Assembly (NCBI GenBank): GCA_964016885.1
Contig: OZ024740.1
Coordinates: 261,082,001 to 261,146,000 of the forward strand
Source: Eledone cirrhosa
Lineage: Eukaryota
Direction: 5' to 3'
DNA length: 64,000 nucleotides
Every line of letters begins with the position of its first letter. The first letter of the stretch is position 1. The notes beneath the pieces are model-generated. The model was not told the DNA's origin. It saw nothing but the letters and a program-made list of their open reading frames with translations, and ran no database searches. This document shows, in pieces, positions 1 through 14,670 of this stretch. The translations under genes and the position numbers were made by a program.

Positions 1-217
1 CCCCCGTCCAAACCCATGCAAGCGTGGAACACGGACGTTAAACGTTGATGATGATGATGATGATGATATATATATATAACATTAAATTAAAACTCGTTTG
101 GCGTATATATATATATAGAATAAACACATCAAACAATTATAGGGGATAATTTGTAAAGAGTGTAAACACACATACTTACAGAGGTAACATATTAAAAATT
201 AACGAGAACCTTGCAAT

Positions 218-296
218 AATTGTTTCTACTTTAGGCACAAGGCCAGCAATTACCCAGTGCATTACTGGTACTTTATTTTATCGACCCCGTAAGGAT
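218..296 (-). mobile_element. 5'-truncated tRNA-derived SINE (family A)
   Basis: Matches the 3' part of the full copy at 14671; flanked by a TTGCAATAAT direct repeat (211-220 and 296-305). Confidence 0.8.
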
Positions 297-488
297 TGCA
301 ATAATGATTAATATATATATATATAAAGCAACAGAGGGAAATATACAGACAGACATACAGACAGATAACTACTAAATTACTAAAATTATTATCTGTTTAA
401 GTTTTTAAGTTTGGTCTGCTATATTGTATAACTAAACATGAACAAACAATGACAACAATGTGATAAAGACTTGCTATTTTCTCCTTAC

Positions 489-566
489 CATTTGGTATTG
501 TTCTTCAACCTTCTTTGCAGCCTTATCTGTGGCATCACCAACATTATAACCACCCTTGTTATTGTT
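489..566 (-). CDS. DD3-3: DD3-3-like paralog A, exon 2 (gene continues off the left edge)
   Basis: T-rich AG acceptor, 78 nt encoding NNNKGGYNVGDATDKAAKKVEEQYQM, GTAAGG donor; continues the FDSQ-NNNKGGYN motif in frame. Confidence 0.85.
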
Positions 567-821
567 CTAAAAAAAATCAGTAATATTTAATTATATTCTG
601 ACTGTGGGAAGTATCTATTATCATTGTAAGTAGAACAAGGAATTAGCAGAAATGGTAGATTTGTAAACATTTACTATTAGCTTTACCATTACCAATCCTA
701 TGACCCTCCAAGCTCATCAGGGCACTGCAGGGTGGAACAAGGTACCATCTCCAACTACCCATCTCTACTACAGGCCAGAATTGGGTGTCATGAAATCTCT
801 ACCAGTCCATTTAGTGATGTT

Positions 822-3800
822 ATACAGCCATACCAAGACCTATACACAGCCATACCAACACCTAGACACAACCATGCCAACACCTATACACAGCCATACC
901 ACCACCTAAACACAGCCATACCAACACCTAAACACAGCCATACCACCACCTAAACACAGCCATGCCACCACCTATATACAGCCATACCAACACCTATACA
1001 CAGCCATGCCAACACCTATACACAGCCATACCAACACCTAAACACAGCCATACCAACACCTATACACAGCCATGCCAACACCTAAACACAGCCATACCAC
1101 CACCTAAACACAGCCATGCCACCTATATACAGCCATACCAACACCTATACACAGCCATACCACCACCTATACACATCCATGCCAATACCTATACACAGCC
1201 ATACTAACACCTATAGACAGCCATACCAACTCCTATACACAGCCATGCCAACACCTATGCACAGCCATACCAACTCCTATACACAGCCATGCCAACACCT
1301 ATACACAGCCATGCCAACTCCTATACACAGCCATGCCAACACCTATGCACAGCCATACCAACTCCTATACACAGCCATGCCAACACCTATACACAGCCAT
1401 GCCAACACCTATACACAGCCATACCAACACCTATACACAGCCATACCAACACCTATACACAGCCATACCAACACCTATACACAGCCATACCAACTCCGAT
1501 ACACAGCCATACCAACTCCGATACACAGCCATACCAACTCCAATACACAGCCATGCCAACACCTATACACAGCCATACCAACACCTATACACAGCCATAC
1601 CAACACCTATACACAGCCATGCCAAAGCCATACCAACACCTAAAGACAGCCATACCAACACCTATACACAGCCATACCAACACCTATACACAGCCATACC
1701 AACTCCGATACACAGCCATACCAACTCCAATACACAGCCATACCAACACCTATACACAGCCATACCAACACCTATACACAGCCATGCCAAAGCCATACCA
1801 ACACCTAAAGACAGCCATACCAACACCTATACACAGCCATACCAACACCTATACACAGCCATACCAACTCCGATACACAGCCATACCAACTCCAATACAC
1901 AGCCATGCCAACACCTATACACAGCCGTACCAACACCTAAAGACAGCCATACCAACACCTATACACAGCCATACCAACACCTATACACTTCCATACCAAC
2001 ACCTATACACAGCCATGCCACCACCTATATACAGCCATACCAAGACCTATATACAGCCATACCAACACCTATACACAACCATACCAACTCCAATACACAG
2101 CCATACCAACTCCTATACACAGCCATGCCAACTCCTATACACAGCCATGCCAACTCCTATACACAGCCATGCCAACACCTATACACAGCCATACCAACTC
2201 CTATACACAGCCATACCAACTCCTATACACAGCCATACCAACTCCTATACACAGCCGTACCAACACATATACACAGCCATGCCAAAGCCATACCAACACC
2301 TAAACACAGCCATACCAACACCTATACACAGCCATACCAACACCTATACACAGCCATGCCAACTCCTATATACAGCCATGCCAACACCTATACACAGCCA
2401 TACCAACACCTAAACACAGCCATACCAACACCTATACACAGCCATACCACGACCTATATACAGCCATACCAAGACCTATATACAGCCATGCCACCACCTA
2501 TATACAGCCATACCAACACCTATATACAGCCATACCAAGACCTATACACAGCCATACCAACTCCTATACACAGCCATACCAACTCCTATACACAGCCGTA
2601 CCAACACATATACACAGCCATGCCAACACCTATACACAGCCATGCCAACACCTATACACAGCCATACCAACACCTAAACACAGCCATACCAACACCTATA
2701 CACAGCCATGCCAACTCCTATACACAGCCATGCCAACTCCTATACACAGCCATGCCAACACCTATACACAGCCATACCAACTCCTATACACAGCCATACC
2801 AACTCCTATACACAGCCATACCAACTCCGATACACAGCCATACCAACTCCTATACACAGCCATACCAACTCCTATACACAGCCATACCAACTCCTATACA
2901 CAGCCATACCAACTCCTATACACAGCCATACCAACTCCTATACACAGCCATACCAACACCTATACACAGCCATACCAACTCCTATACACAGCCATACCAA
3001 CTCCTATACAGAGCCGTACCAACACATATACACAGCCATACCAAAACATATACACAGCCATGCCAAAGCCATACCAACACCTAAACACAGCCATACCAAC
3101 ACCTATACACAGCCATACCAACACCTATACACAGCCATGCCAACTCCTATATACAGCCATGCCAACACCTATACACAGCCATACCAACACCTAAACACAG
3201 CCATACCAACACCTATACACAGCCATGCCACCACCTATACACAGCCATGCCAAGACCTATATACAGCCATACCAACACCTATACACAGCCATACCACGAC
3301 CTATATACAGCCATACCAAGACCTATATACAGCCATGCCAACACCTATACACAGCCATACCAACTCCTATACACAGCCATGCCAACACCTATACACAGCC
3401 ATACCACCACCTATACACAGCCATACCACCACCTATACACTTCCATACCAACACCTATACACAACCAGCCAACTCCTATACACAGCCATACCAACACCTA
3501 TACACAACCATACCAACTCCAATACACAGCCATATCAACTCCTATACACAGCCATACCAACACCTATACACAGCCATACCAACACCTATACACAACCATA
3601 TCAACTCCTATACACAGCCATACCAACACCTATACACAGTCATGTCAACACCTATACACAGCCATACCAACACCTATACACAGCCATACCAACACCTATA
3701 CACAGCCATGCCAACACCTATACACAGCCAGGACAACTCCTATACACAGCCATGCTAACACCTATACACAGCCAGGACAACTCCTATACACAGCCATATT

Positions 3801-3878
3801 AACACCTATACACAGCCAGGACAACTCCTATACACAGCCATATTAACACCTATATAAAGCCAGGACAACTCCTATACA
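822..3878. repeat. 22-bp minisatellite (CTATACACAGCCATACCAACAC)n in intron 1 of paralog A
   Basis: About 3 kb of directly visible tandem units; explains the TAIPTPIHSH ORFs in all three frames. Confidence 0.97.
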
Positions 3879-3934
3879 CAACAAGCTCGTTTAAAGTTTG
3901 AAGAAGTGAAGATTGAGAAAATAAGTTGAATTAC

Positions 3935-4090
3935 CTGCGAGTCAAATAGACGGTTTGCATTCTTACGTATGGCAGTGTTTTCATTGAGTCTGTTGTTTGA
4001 ACCATGAGGATTGTGGCTATACACATCAGATTTCACTGTTGTTATTATGACGGACAGTAGTAACAGGCAGAATACTGCACACCTTGCCAT
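3935..4090 (-). CDS. DD3-3: DD3-3-like secreted protein, paralog A, exon 1
   Basis: ATG at 4090; encodes MARCAVFCLLLLSVIITTVKS-DVYSHNPHGSNNRLNENTAIRKNANRLFDSQ (signal peptide plus the DxYxHNPxGSNNRL..RLFDSQ motif); ends at CAG|GTAA donor, phase 0. Confidence 0.85.
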
Positions 4091-4336
4091 ATTTCTAACT
4101 CTACAAAACAATAGAGGAACAGCATGAGGTTTCACTGGTGGAATGTCTCAACAGGCAGGATAACGTGTTAGTGACAATTAGAGACAGGGGAGTTACTTCC
4201 CTTGAATAGTCTTTTAGGAATAAAAGTTTTCAGTGATGACAGGATTAAGATACACATTTTTTACAAGGAAAGGAAAGGAAAGGGTCGATAGTGTAAAATT
4301 ACACACACACATATACACCAGGTCCGAACAGATAAA

Positions 4337-4466
4337 TACTCTCGGTCCCAAATAATAGGGTGGATAAGCGGGAATAAGTGGACAATCGATAATTTTTCTA
4401 GGTGTGGATAGAATCTGAAAAATTAAGCGGGGTGGAGGGGGGAGCATTATTCGAGACCCGAGAGTA
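4337..4466. mobile_element. MITE with TACTCTCGG..AATAAT terminal inverted repeats
   Basis: tactctcggtcccaaataat ... attattcgagacccgagagta; related copies near 8052-8390 and 8567-8660. Confidence 0.65.
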
Positions 4467-4739
4467 GCTGGCCATGGTGTGTCTTGTTGGACTACGTATA
4501 TGAATGGAGAGGAATTTACCTCAAGGACTATATAATATTGTAACAAATACTCTACAGTTTGACATCTTTCTGTCGTGTTCAGTAATTTTATTATTATTCA
4601 CAGTTGTATAAATAACAAATTGTTTATAATTCTTACAGATTGAAAATATACACACAAATATAAACACATATAATAAATACAATTAATTATTGCTGGGAAT
4701 CTCATAAATATCTAAAGTCTGTTTCAAACCAGAAGGCTT

Positions 4740-4935
4740 GTTAGTCCGGTGCTTATCCTGATTTTGTGGCGTGAAATGACTGAGCACAAGACCTGGACAG
4801 GACGTCAGTCCATCGCAGAGTTAAACCCCCAGCCATAGCTGGTACTCATTTTCAGCTGAGTATATAGGAGCAATGTGAAATGAAGTGTTTTTCTCAAGAA
4901 CACAACACGCAACCCAGCCCAGGAATCGAACGCAC
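4740..4935 (-). mobile_element. tRNA-derived SINE (family B), partial
   Basis: Reverse B-box (GGAATCGAAC) and a body similar to 49263-49530 and 7800-7960. Confidence 0.65.
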
Positions 4936-5039
4936 GATATATTAGTGTATATTGTACAAAATATAATTTAGAGATATATCAGATGAAAGAATGGTATTTA
5001 ACTAATGTATTGGTACGCGATGGGGCCCACCCATAGCCC

Positions 5040-5790
5040 CGACGGACAGAATGGAGAAGGCGTTTCCCCGGAGGACGGCAAGGGAGACGCGCTGGAAAAG
5101 TCACTCCAATTCGCGGGACTCACACCTGCGCATGGCCAGCTCAGCGCCTATGGTGAGTAAGGAGGTAGCCCTGGGGCCGAGGACACCAGAAGTCTCCACT
5201 GCCAGGGGAACGACTGAAAACCTGTCGGAGAGCGACCGGTATTTGATGAGTTTGGCCCCCTCAGACCTACGTGCAGCAGAACCTGGGTCAGTCGCAGACT
5301 GCACCAGGTTGCGGCTGAAGAAAGTGTCGGTGCAAGTGGCATCCCAGACGAGGGGTTTGCCACCGCGGAACGGGAAGTTGGTCATGCCATCTTGCCTTTT
5401 GCTGTCCCCTCTATCCAGCCCCACCGGCTCGAGCTGGGAAGGGAAGCCTGCAGCGTCGAAGCCATGCTTAATGACCTCGTCGAGGGCAGCATGGCGTGGA
5501 ATGCGGCCGGCACTGTGGCGACAGGAAATCGGGTGGAGGCTGAAAAAGTCCACGGTGGAACCGCAGCGACATTGGTGTGGCTGGCAGATCCGGAGGCCGA
5601 GCCTCAAGGAAACGCCGATTCGCAGGCTATGGTTGTCTAGCTGCGTGCCAGTGGAGGAGGGCAGGGCATGGAGTCAGGCACCACTGTGGGGTTTGGAGGC
5701 CGCATGAAAACAAGCAAGGCGGTGCTGGTCGAGCTGGCGTGTGAGCCTGTCTGAGGCCAGGCTGCACTGGATGTCACCCCAAGTGCGTTG
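5040..5790 (-). mobile_element. 3' fragment of a restriction-like-endonuclease non-LTR retrotransposon (CRE-like)
   Basis: LRLGL..CRCG..H..C..RH..EPVGL.RGD.KRQDG..LVWDATC..K..KY..PLAVETSG; CCHC knuckle plus degenerate PD-(D/E)xK nuclease. Confidence 0.8.
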
Positions 5791-6069
5791 GGGGGGACTT
5801 GACGTCAACAGGGGGAGAAGGGGGATGGACGTCTACTGGGCTAAATCCCAGTCGGTCCCACGTCTCACAGGCGGCCTCACGTTCTCTGAACACAGAGGGT
5901 TCATATTATGATCGTAAGTCCAACACCCTTACCACTTAATCACGCGCCTCACAAATATAATGCACAAACTATATGATCAAGACGAGAGAAAAACAAAAAA
6001 CAAACATCAATTCACCACCAAGTGCGACACTCGGCCGCCCATCACAGGGGTCAACGGAAACTTTAAAGC

Positions 6070-6480
6070 AAGCCAACACGTTCGCAGCATTTCCGCGGGT
6101 GATGGCAAGGTTAAGGCGCTGATACCTTGGTAAGGGGAGTCGCAAACGATGACAAGAACTTCGCTGTCAGCGGCCCAGCTCCACCAAACGTCTCGAACGC
6201 CACAGGCTGGAAAAAAATAGTTATTTGATAGTTCTCAGTATTTTAGGATTTTATTCCGTTCGGCAATGGAAGTAGTGGCTCTCACATTTAGCGCAGCATC
6301 CATGATGTGTGAGGGAGGAAAAGAATCACTGACTGCGGGGTCCCAAATAAGACATCTACCTATACTCAAGGACAAAGGGTAAAACTATCTGGATAATCCA
6401 GTCGGTTCCAGAATAGAGGAGATATTTACCCGAGGTAGAGCCCGCTTAAAGATCAGGTTTAGCTCTGTGTGGCGGGCGGT
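6070..6480 (-). mobile_element. Second, diverged CRE-like 3' fragment
   Basis: RH.ELN..KRAL..LEPTGL.R, then PVAFETFGGAGP and QRLNLAITRGNAA remnants with frameshifts. Confidence 0.65.
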
Positions 6481-6849
6481 TAAGAAGATGATTGGAAGTA
6501 GTAACAGACAAGATAGTTGTAACAAGTAATTAGAGTTACATCCCCTTACCTGCGTATAAATAACTGTCAAGTAGAGGGAGTGAAGATATGTGTCGTGTTG
6601 GATTACGTAAATAGAGTGCAGTCTATCTAAAGCGCTTTATATGACACATACTGCATACTTTAACATTTTCCTGCGACTTCAAGACAACAGAAGAACTCCA
6701 GGAGATTTCACTGTTGTTTCTATGGGGGTTACAAAATTGTTTATACAAAAACAAAACAATATTAAAGGGAACAAAAAACAAAATGAATGAAACGAAAGAA
6801 ATAGAGAGGTCGCCAAACACCACAGCTCAGTCTAAGCGGTGCCTCAGCC

Positions 6850-7070
6850 ACGCCAGGCTGACAAAATGGCATAGGCATTGCCGCGGAGAATCACCAAAGA
6901 CACCCCCTGCGACAACCATTCCACTTCACGGGGCTCTCTCATGAAGAGGGTCGCCGTATTTACAATTAAATCAAATGTCACAAGAAATATGGACAGTAAA
7001 ACATTTTTGTTTTTATTTTGGTTTGACATAGGAGAAGGGGTGGTACCAATGGCCCTAGCAGACCCTCTCT
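6850..7070 (-). mobile_element. Third CRE-like 3' fragment
   Basis: REPREVEWLSQGVSLVILRGNAYAIL C-terminal motif. Confidence 0.6.
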
Positions 7071-7312
7071 AAGACCAGGTTAATGTTCCTTTTGAATAGC
7101 TACAAAAAACTTAGGTATGGAGGGAACTTCAGAGAGACGACGTTCTTAGGAGGAAGGAACGAGTGTAATAGCCGGTGTGAAGGTGAGGACGGGGGTGAAA
7201 AGCAGTTTGTTAAAAGACTATTTTGAGTTTAGAGCAGAGATTCACAAAGTGGGGTGCACGCCCCACAGCAGGGTGGAGCAATTTGAATATTTAAGGGGTG
7301 CAATTTGAAAAT

Positions 7313-7488
7313 AATTGTTTCTACTTTAGGCACAAGGCCAGCAATTACCCAGTGCATTACTGGTACTTTATTTTATCGACCCCGCAAGGATGAAAGGCAA
7401 AATCAACCTCGGCGGGATTTGAACTCAGATCGTAAAGGGACGTAACTATGCTGGAAAGCATGGCGTCCGACCCTCTACCGATACTGCC
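7313..7488 (-). mobile_element. tRNA-derived SINE family A
   Basis: Near-full copy with reverse B box (GGATTTGAACTC); GAAAATAAT target duplication. Confidence 0.85.
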
Positions 7489-10400
7489 GAAAATAATGTT
7501 AATGACAACAGACTTCAGGTTTTAACTTATTACGTTTACACCAAGGCAACTTCATTACACATTACTGACTCACCTCCTCCTTCACACATGTTATTGTGCA
7601 TCTGGTGCCACCTATACACCAATTTGTTTACACTTTGCAGTTAATCATTGCTGTTTTCATATCAAAGCGGGGCATAGCAATTTTTGAGATGCACAGAAGA
7701 TTAGGAACCACTTCCCTAAAGATTCATCACGTCGAAGCTTATCCTAGTTTCATGTTAAATTACTTGAGAGTACAAGACTACCGCCAGGGTGGAATGCATG
7801 TCTACCACAAGATTAACTCCTAGCTATAACTGGTACTAATTTTATTCAGCCGAGTGAATTAAAGCAACGTGAAATGAAGTATCTTTCTCCGGGACAAAAC
7901 ACGCCACCACGTCAGTCGATTGAACCGATAAACTTGTGATCATGAGCTCAACACCTTAACCATGTGGCATTCCATGTGACTTCAGGTGGTGATAGAAGGG
8001 ACAAACTAATTTAGATCAACTGTATTCTCACGTAATGATACACAAGAGACACACTCTTAGGTTCCAAATAATAGGGGATGGATGGAAAATCAGTAATTTT
8101 TCTAGGTTGTCTACTTTGATTTTTTTTAAAAGCCAGAATTAGTCGTTTAGTTTACATGTTGAGACCCTCAACCCACGCTATCTATTTTATAACGTAATGT
8201 TCTTTGTTTTGTCATGTATAATGTATTTTAATGTCTAATTAATTATCGTTTAAATGCTACTACTTAAAATGAAATTACGCCAGAGATAGATTATCAACAT
8301 TTAATAAGCGGGTGGAATAAGAGCAGGGGGAGGGTTTGAAAAATTAATAAGCGGGGCGGGGGCGAGGGCGATTATTCGAGACTCGTGAATAAGTGTAGAA
8401 CAGCAACTCTTGAAATAGTAATCAAATATTGTTATGATCATTTACGTTGGGACAGTCACATTTCAAATTTCGCTTTTACTCAATGCTTCTCATGTCTTAA
8501 ATCTAATCAACAATTACAACAGCAATTCTCAATAATTTTGCTGAATATAATTTACTTGGCTGATGAGTACTCCCGGGTCCGAAATAATAGTCAGGTAGTG
8601 GAAAAAAAAAAGTGAAAATATATTAAGCGTGGGTGGGGGGTTATTTAAAACCCGAGAGAAAATTTCATTAAATTTATGGTATAAGAATATAGAGTTGTCC
8701 CCCATGGAACTCACTGATGTCTAATAGCTTTAACATGTTTAATGTGGGAAGGATTAAATAAATAAATAAATATAAAATTGAATCAACGAAGGAAGCCTGC
8801 CTCTAAGCAGTTGCTCAACCTGTTAGAAATAGAAGCTAATTCTCCGTTGAATAATATGGTACAGTCTTATCTTCTTCCAGCTGAATGCTGGATGAAGAGA
8901 GAGAGAGAGGGTTGAGGAAGTATCTGTATATGCTCCCAACTACATGGGCACAGTACTAAGTCATACTTGGTAGTGTGACTATACTGATTGTGGATGATAG
9001 ATGTAGAATATATATATATTTTTATACGTTTGCTTTAAAAATAAACTCATTACACAACAATTCTAAAAGTAACTTCTTATGAGTGAAAATGGATAAAAGG
9101 AAACTGTGGAAGCCTGTCCAATGAATTGTGCATGTAATTCAAAGGGCCAGTCTTGTTACACATTATGTCAATGAATCACAAAAAAATATATGAAGGGTAG
9201 ATGCGTGTGTGGAATACTCAGCCACTTACTTGTCAATTTAACAAATAAGCCATTTTGTTAATCAAACAACTAGAACATTATATTATTCAATCTCCCAACC
9301 TGTGAATACTCCTGTATATACTGAAGACATATTGATGATAAATTCTCCATCAATTTGCAAGATGAGGATTCAGTCATTTCATCAACCTGTAAGTGGCTGA
9401 GTATTTCACAGACATGTGTATCCCTAATGTAATTCCCAAGGTTAATCAGTGTGACTCAACATATAGGTAGAGTCCATTTTGTATTATGGAACAAATGGTT
9501 GAATATTCCACAGACACATGTACCTTTAATGTAATTGATTCACAAGCTGAATCAGGATGACACAAGATATGACACGGCTGGGCCTTTAAATTGCAGGTAC
9601 AATCCTCCATTTTGTATTATATTATAAGTGGTTGAGTATTCCACAGACACGTGTACCCTTTAATGTAATTCTCAAGTTGGAACAGCATGACAGAATATGT
9701 GACAACCCCAGACCTTTGAATTACAACTACAATTCATTCATTAGGCTTCCCTTATACCCAATCTTAGACATGAATTAATCTAAGGCTCTGGTACGATACT
9801 TGGCCAAGATGCCACACAGTGGGATTGAACCCAACACCTCATGAATTTCAAAATGAACCTCTTAACCATTCAACCACTCTGTACCCACATTGTTGTATTG
9901 GTTGATTTAATAAAGATAGTTATATAATACCTTGAAACATAAGAGTACATTTGAGAAGATAAGGTTTCAAATATATCATTTTACTAACATTGATCACTTA
10001 TGTGTCATCATAACAGTATTTAGTTTCGACCTAGGGTCATGGTGAGCAGAATTTGTATGGAGGATGGTTTTCAGGTATTTTGTCATCTCCTTTTATGTCC
10101 TAGTTTCTAATCCTGCCATAGTGGATTTTAGCTTTCATTATTGATAAAACAGCAGTGAATTGGCAGATTCATTAGAACATTGGATAGAATGCTTTGTGGT
10201 ATTCATTCCAGCTCTCTGCTGAGTTCAAATCCCATCAAGATCAACCTTACCTTTCATCATTTTGAGGTTGATAAAAAAAGTACCAGTCAAGTACTGGAGT
10301 TGATTCTTCTTCTATAACTCTTTCTTACTTCCTCTGTCTCACTTTCTAACCTTCTCTGGAAGAAATTTGCTGTATTCAGGCCTGGAGGGGAGATTGGCTC

Positions 10401-12294
10401 TGCCAAGCTTAGAAAATGCCCAAGAAATGCTGATCCTACAACTCCATCAGGAGTTACAGGACTATACCATACCATGACATTGATAAAACAATGTCAATAG
10501 AACACAAGGCAGGGTAGGGGCCTAGGTTAACCCTATAAGGTGTACCTAATTCTCCTAAATAAAATAATTTCAAGTTATAGTTTGGTAAGCTGACAAACCA
10601 AGCTTTTGACACTAAATCTACATTTTCCACTACACAGTCCACACGTTTCCATACCAAATCATTTACAGGTCATAAGGTCAATTACAAACTAAATGTCTAT
10701 ACTAGATTCAAGACATTATCCATAATCTAATTATATGAATTTGTATAGAACTGTAATCCTTTAAGGTTCAGTAAACTACCTCTGACATCTGTACCCTAGA
10801 TGGCTGCCTGGTTAACCTAATGCTAGTGTTAACACTGATGCTAGGGTCAGTCAAATCAACTAATAGCCCTCCCACCAGAAAATATTGGCCTTGTTCCTAA
10901 GTTAGAAATCAATTTTAACCTAAAACTAATCTTATGAAGGATTGAACTTCCTACCTTTTGACCCATACCTCAAACCACTGGTCACACATGTACTTAATGT
11001 AGGATAAGCTTCATAGAGGAATAGTTTGTTTATAAAATCTATAAGACGATATAGTATTTCATACTTTAGAATCCGGATATTTGCAAATAATTGCTTGGTT
11101 TCTATGTCTGTTTGCCCTTCCTAACCCTAACCACTTTACAGAGTGTACTGGGAGCATAGTTTTTGTGGCTCCATGCCCTTCCTAACACCAACTACTTTAC
11201 TGAGTGTACTGGGAGCATAGTTTCTATGATTGGATGTTCTTCCTAACACTAACCACTATACTGAGTGTACTGGGAACATATTTTTTATGGCTGGATGCCC
11301 TTCCTAGAGGTGGACTCCCAGCGAACACCGTCAGATGTCATGTCAAACTGTTAACAAAAATACTACCTCTCTATCTCTCTCTCTCTGTATATATATATAT
11401 AAATATTTATACAAGGAGTGTAAGGCTTAACAAATCGTCCTTGTATTATTGAATATATATATATATATATTGTGGTAAAACACAGAGATTATATCCGTCA
11501 TAAATAGAGCACTCAGTCTAAAGGACGAGTTTAGCATAAAGTTAGTTCCACAACAAATTAGCAAACCATACTCAAAGACACGCAGTTCACGCAACGGATT
11601 CTCAACTCGAGTGAGGTTGTACTGAAAAAAGGAAGTGTATATGAACTGACTTGTCTTGCGCATGACCGTCGACAAGAGGAATAACTCAAGTTAGATGATT
11701 GAGTTCATTCTGGATAAAATTAGTCTGGGTCCTTGTAGTTACATAGCAATTACTTTGAAGCGTGTGGACAGTGATTAAAAAAATCAGATCTTGTATTTAG
11801 ACAAGCACTATTATTTATTCTCTGTAAGATATTTATTCGTTTATCGATGCACAGCCCACAAGACAAATTCCCATACACTATACATTTTTCAATGGCTTCT
11901 GAATATGATGCAAGACCCAGGCGATTTCATCAGGTGTTAATTGTAGAATTAAATATATAATAGAATAGGATTTTGGTGAACACAAACAGAGAATAGAAAA
12001 TAGAGAATCAATTACCGATTCCATGTTATTGTAACGGCAGGGCATCTCCGACCTGTAGGGCCATTGAAATATGTATAGTGCTTTCACAGAATTAAAATTA
12101 TAACGTTTCTAGCCAAGCTTTTTGTTCTGGTTTTTAATAAATATTTCACTCCTTTCTTGCACCAATCACTGGATACCACATTTACGATGGATGATCTGCA
12201 TAACATTGAGTTGTTTAATTTATAGCACCATTGTTTACTAACCAGAATCACCAGTTCCACCCATTGGTAAACAACATAACAAAAATGGTATATA

Positions 12295-12870
12295 TATTTC
12301 AGGAGGCTGAATTAAATGCAAGAATTGCAAAAGCTAGTGCAGTAATGTGCCATCTCCGGCATTCAGAAGAAGGGAGGTAGGTGTAAAAGCCAAACTCGCT
12401 GTCTTCAATTCGGTATTTGTGCCAACCCTTACCTAGGGTCATGAATCTTGGGTAATGACTGAAAGAATGCAATCGCAAATACAAGCCGCCAAAATGGGGT
12501 TCCACTGAAGGGTCTTTAGAATAATGTTACTCAATAAAGTGCGGAACTCAGAGATCAGAGAGTCACTCCAAGTAGAGCCACTACTTATCTGAATTGAGAG
12601 ACCACAGCTCCGATATTAAGGACATGTTGTTAGAATGTTTCAGGAAAGAATAGCTGGACAGATTTTACAGGCAAAACCAACCGGCAAGAGACCCAGAGGT
12701 AGATCCCAAGCAAGATGGTTTAATAACATCCAGGAGCTTGGCTGGTCTTGCTTGGGGATCCAGCCGGATCAGTTGGAGACGGTTGCTTCTGACAGGACTC
12801 GCTGGAGGGAGTGTTTGAGGACTCTGCCTCCACAACCCTCTCAGGAATAAGTGGATGAAGAAGAAGAAGA
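12295..12870 (+). mobile_element. RTE-clade LINE 3' fragment
   Basis: RIAKAS..HESWVM..KVRNSEIRESL..GHVVRM..KRPRGR..RW; multiple stops; (GAA)n tail. Confidence 0.8.
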
Positions 12871-13918
12871 TATATGTAGTGAAAGAAATGTTTCCCCACA
12901 GTGTTTTCTTTTCCGTTATGGATACAGCAACAAAAATAAATGATCTGTGACCTCAGAGAAGACAATAGCTGAATTTTCCTGATGGTAGAATTTACAGCAC
13001 CAGTCCTAGAAAGCAGAAGATATTCTTGGGCTTTCTATTATCTATCAGTAAAATAATTAGCCGTCATTATAAATAAGCTGTCCTGTGGTTCTAACTCGCT
13101 CAGTCATCTGCCTCTTCACCTAGACAACACAGCCTGGATATATAATGGTTTACTACTACACCAGCCAGTCCAGTCATACACTGTCGACTACAACTTGTCA
13201 CTTTTCTTTTAAAGGAACATTCCATGGTAAATAAAAGACTCGTGCACATCATTGAAGCTTTACTGAACTCTATATTCATTTATGAACACTATAATCAAAC
13301 ATTATATTTACGCTTCGAAGTAATCATATTTTTTCTTTTTTGCTGAAGTGAAGTAAAGATATATATTCAACCAGAATTGTTGGTATTTGTCGTGTTCGTC
13401 ATTTCTTCCACAACAAACAAAACTTTGCTACACACACACATATATATCTTTATATTTACACACACACATATATATACATATGTATATAGAATAGGAAATA
13501 CACAGTAGGTTAGATGATAAAGTTCTTTATTATAAGGCCGTCATACATATTTTGATGACGACAGTTCGTGAAACGAATGCCTGTTCCCCTGTGAGCATTC
13601 GGTTCATGAATGTCGATGTTTGTCCGTTCCCTTGTCACTTCAATTTTGGATTATCTCCTTCAATGTAACCTTATTGTGTAAGAAGCTGTCTGATGATGTC
13701 ATGGCACTGGGTACATGGAATCGCATGGCCACTGTCATCATCAAAATATATATCACGGCCTTATTAATAAAGGACTTTATCATCTAAACTACTTTGTATT
13801 TCCTTATTCTAAAAATACTCCATCACTCCTATGTTGAAAATGCACGTTGAGTTCTCAAATTGAATTACATCAATATTTTACCATGTATATATATATATAT
13901 ATAATATATATATATAAT

Positions 13919-13984
<66 letters not shown>

Positions 13985-14670
13985 TATACTTCATATATAT
14001 CAGTTACAGTATAAAGCGCTCAACATTTAGGAGCTACATTCTTACGGTAAATATTGATGCAACCCAACTCAAGCACTCAATGTACTTTTTCCACAGAGGA
14101 ATGACGGAGTATACTTAGAATAAGAAAATGTGAAGTAGTTGTAGATGTTAAAGTCTTTTATTGATAAGGCTGTGATATATATTTCAATGACGACAGTAGC
14201 CACACGATTCCATGTACCCAGTGCCATGACTCATCAGAGAGCTTCTTACATAATAAGATTACATTCCCAAGGCAATCCAAATTGAAACGACAAGGGAACG
14301 GACAAATATGATGCTATTGAAGCCTTCGCCCATTCCCTTGCGCAGGTGCAAATGTGAAGTTGACCATCTAACTACTACGCCAAAACACAACGAAACTAGC
14401 CTAGGCAAGCCCCCCCCCCCCCCAACCAATTAATCACCCCATCCAGGTTGGTAGGGTGACACAGTCATAGGGTTCATGCCAGCCACTAAGTTGTAGTTTA
14501 CTGCTAATCGCACATCCAGTGGTAGCCGACCAAAACTCTGTGATATTGGTAGAGTATAAGTTTCACTAGGTTTCACTACTACCCCTAAATTATGCTTGGA
14601 CAATAGAATTGCCCATCACCCGCGAAGAGAATATAAACTTAATTCTAGAGTCTAGATATTATGGTTTCAT

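Noticed and set aside
962-3846. Long His/Thr/Pro-rich ORFs up to 583 aa
   Set aside because: Translation of a 22-bp minisatellite, open in several frames and antisense within an intron
8553-8600. CTGATGAGTAC..GTCCGAAA hammerhead-like string
   Set aside because: The 3' half is the terminal repeat of the local MITE family, and stems I and III do not close
11110-11305. Telomere-like CCTAACCCTAACC
   Set aside because: Only about two units, within a short triplication of a SINE-derived segment
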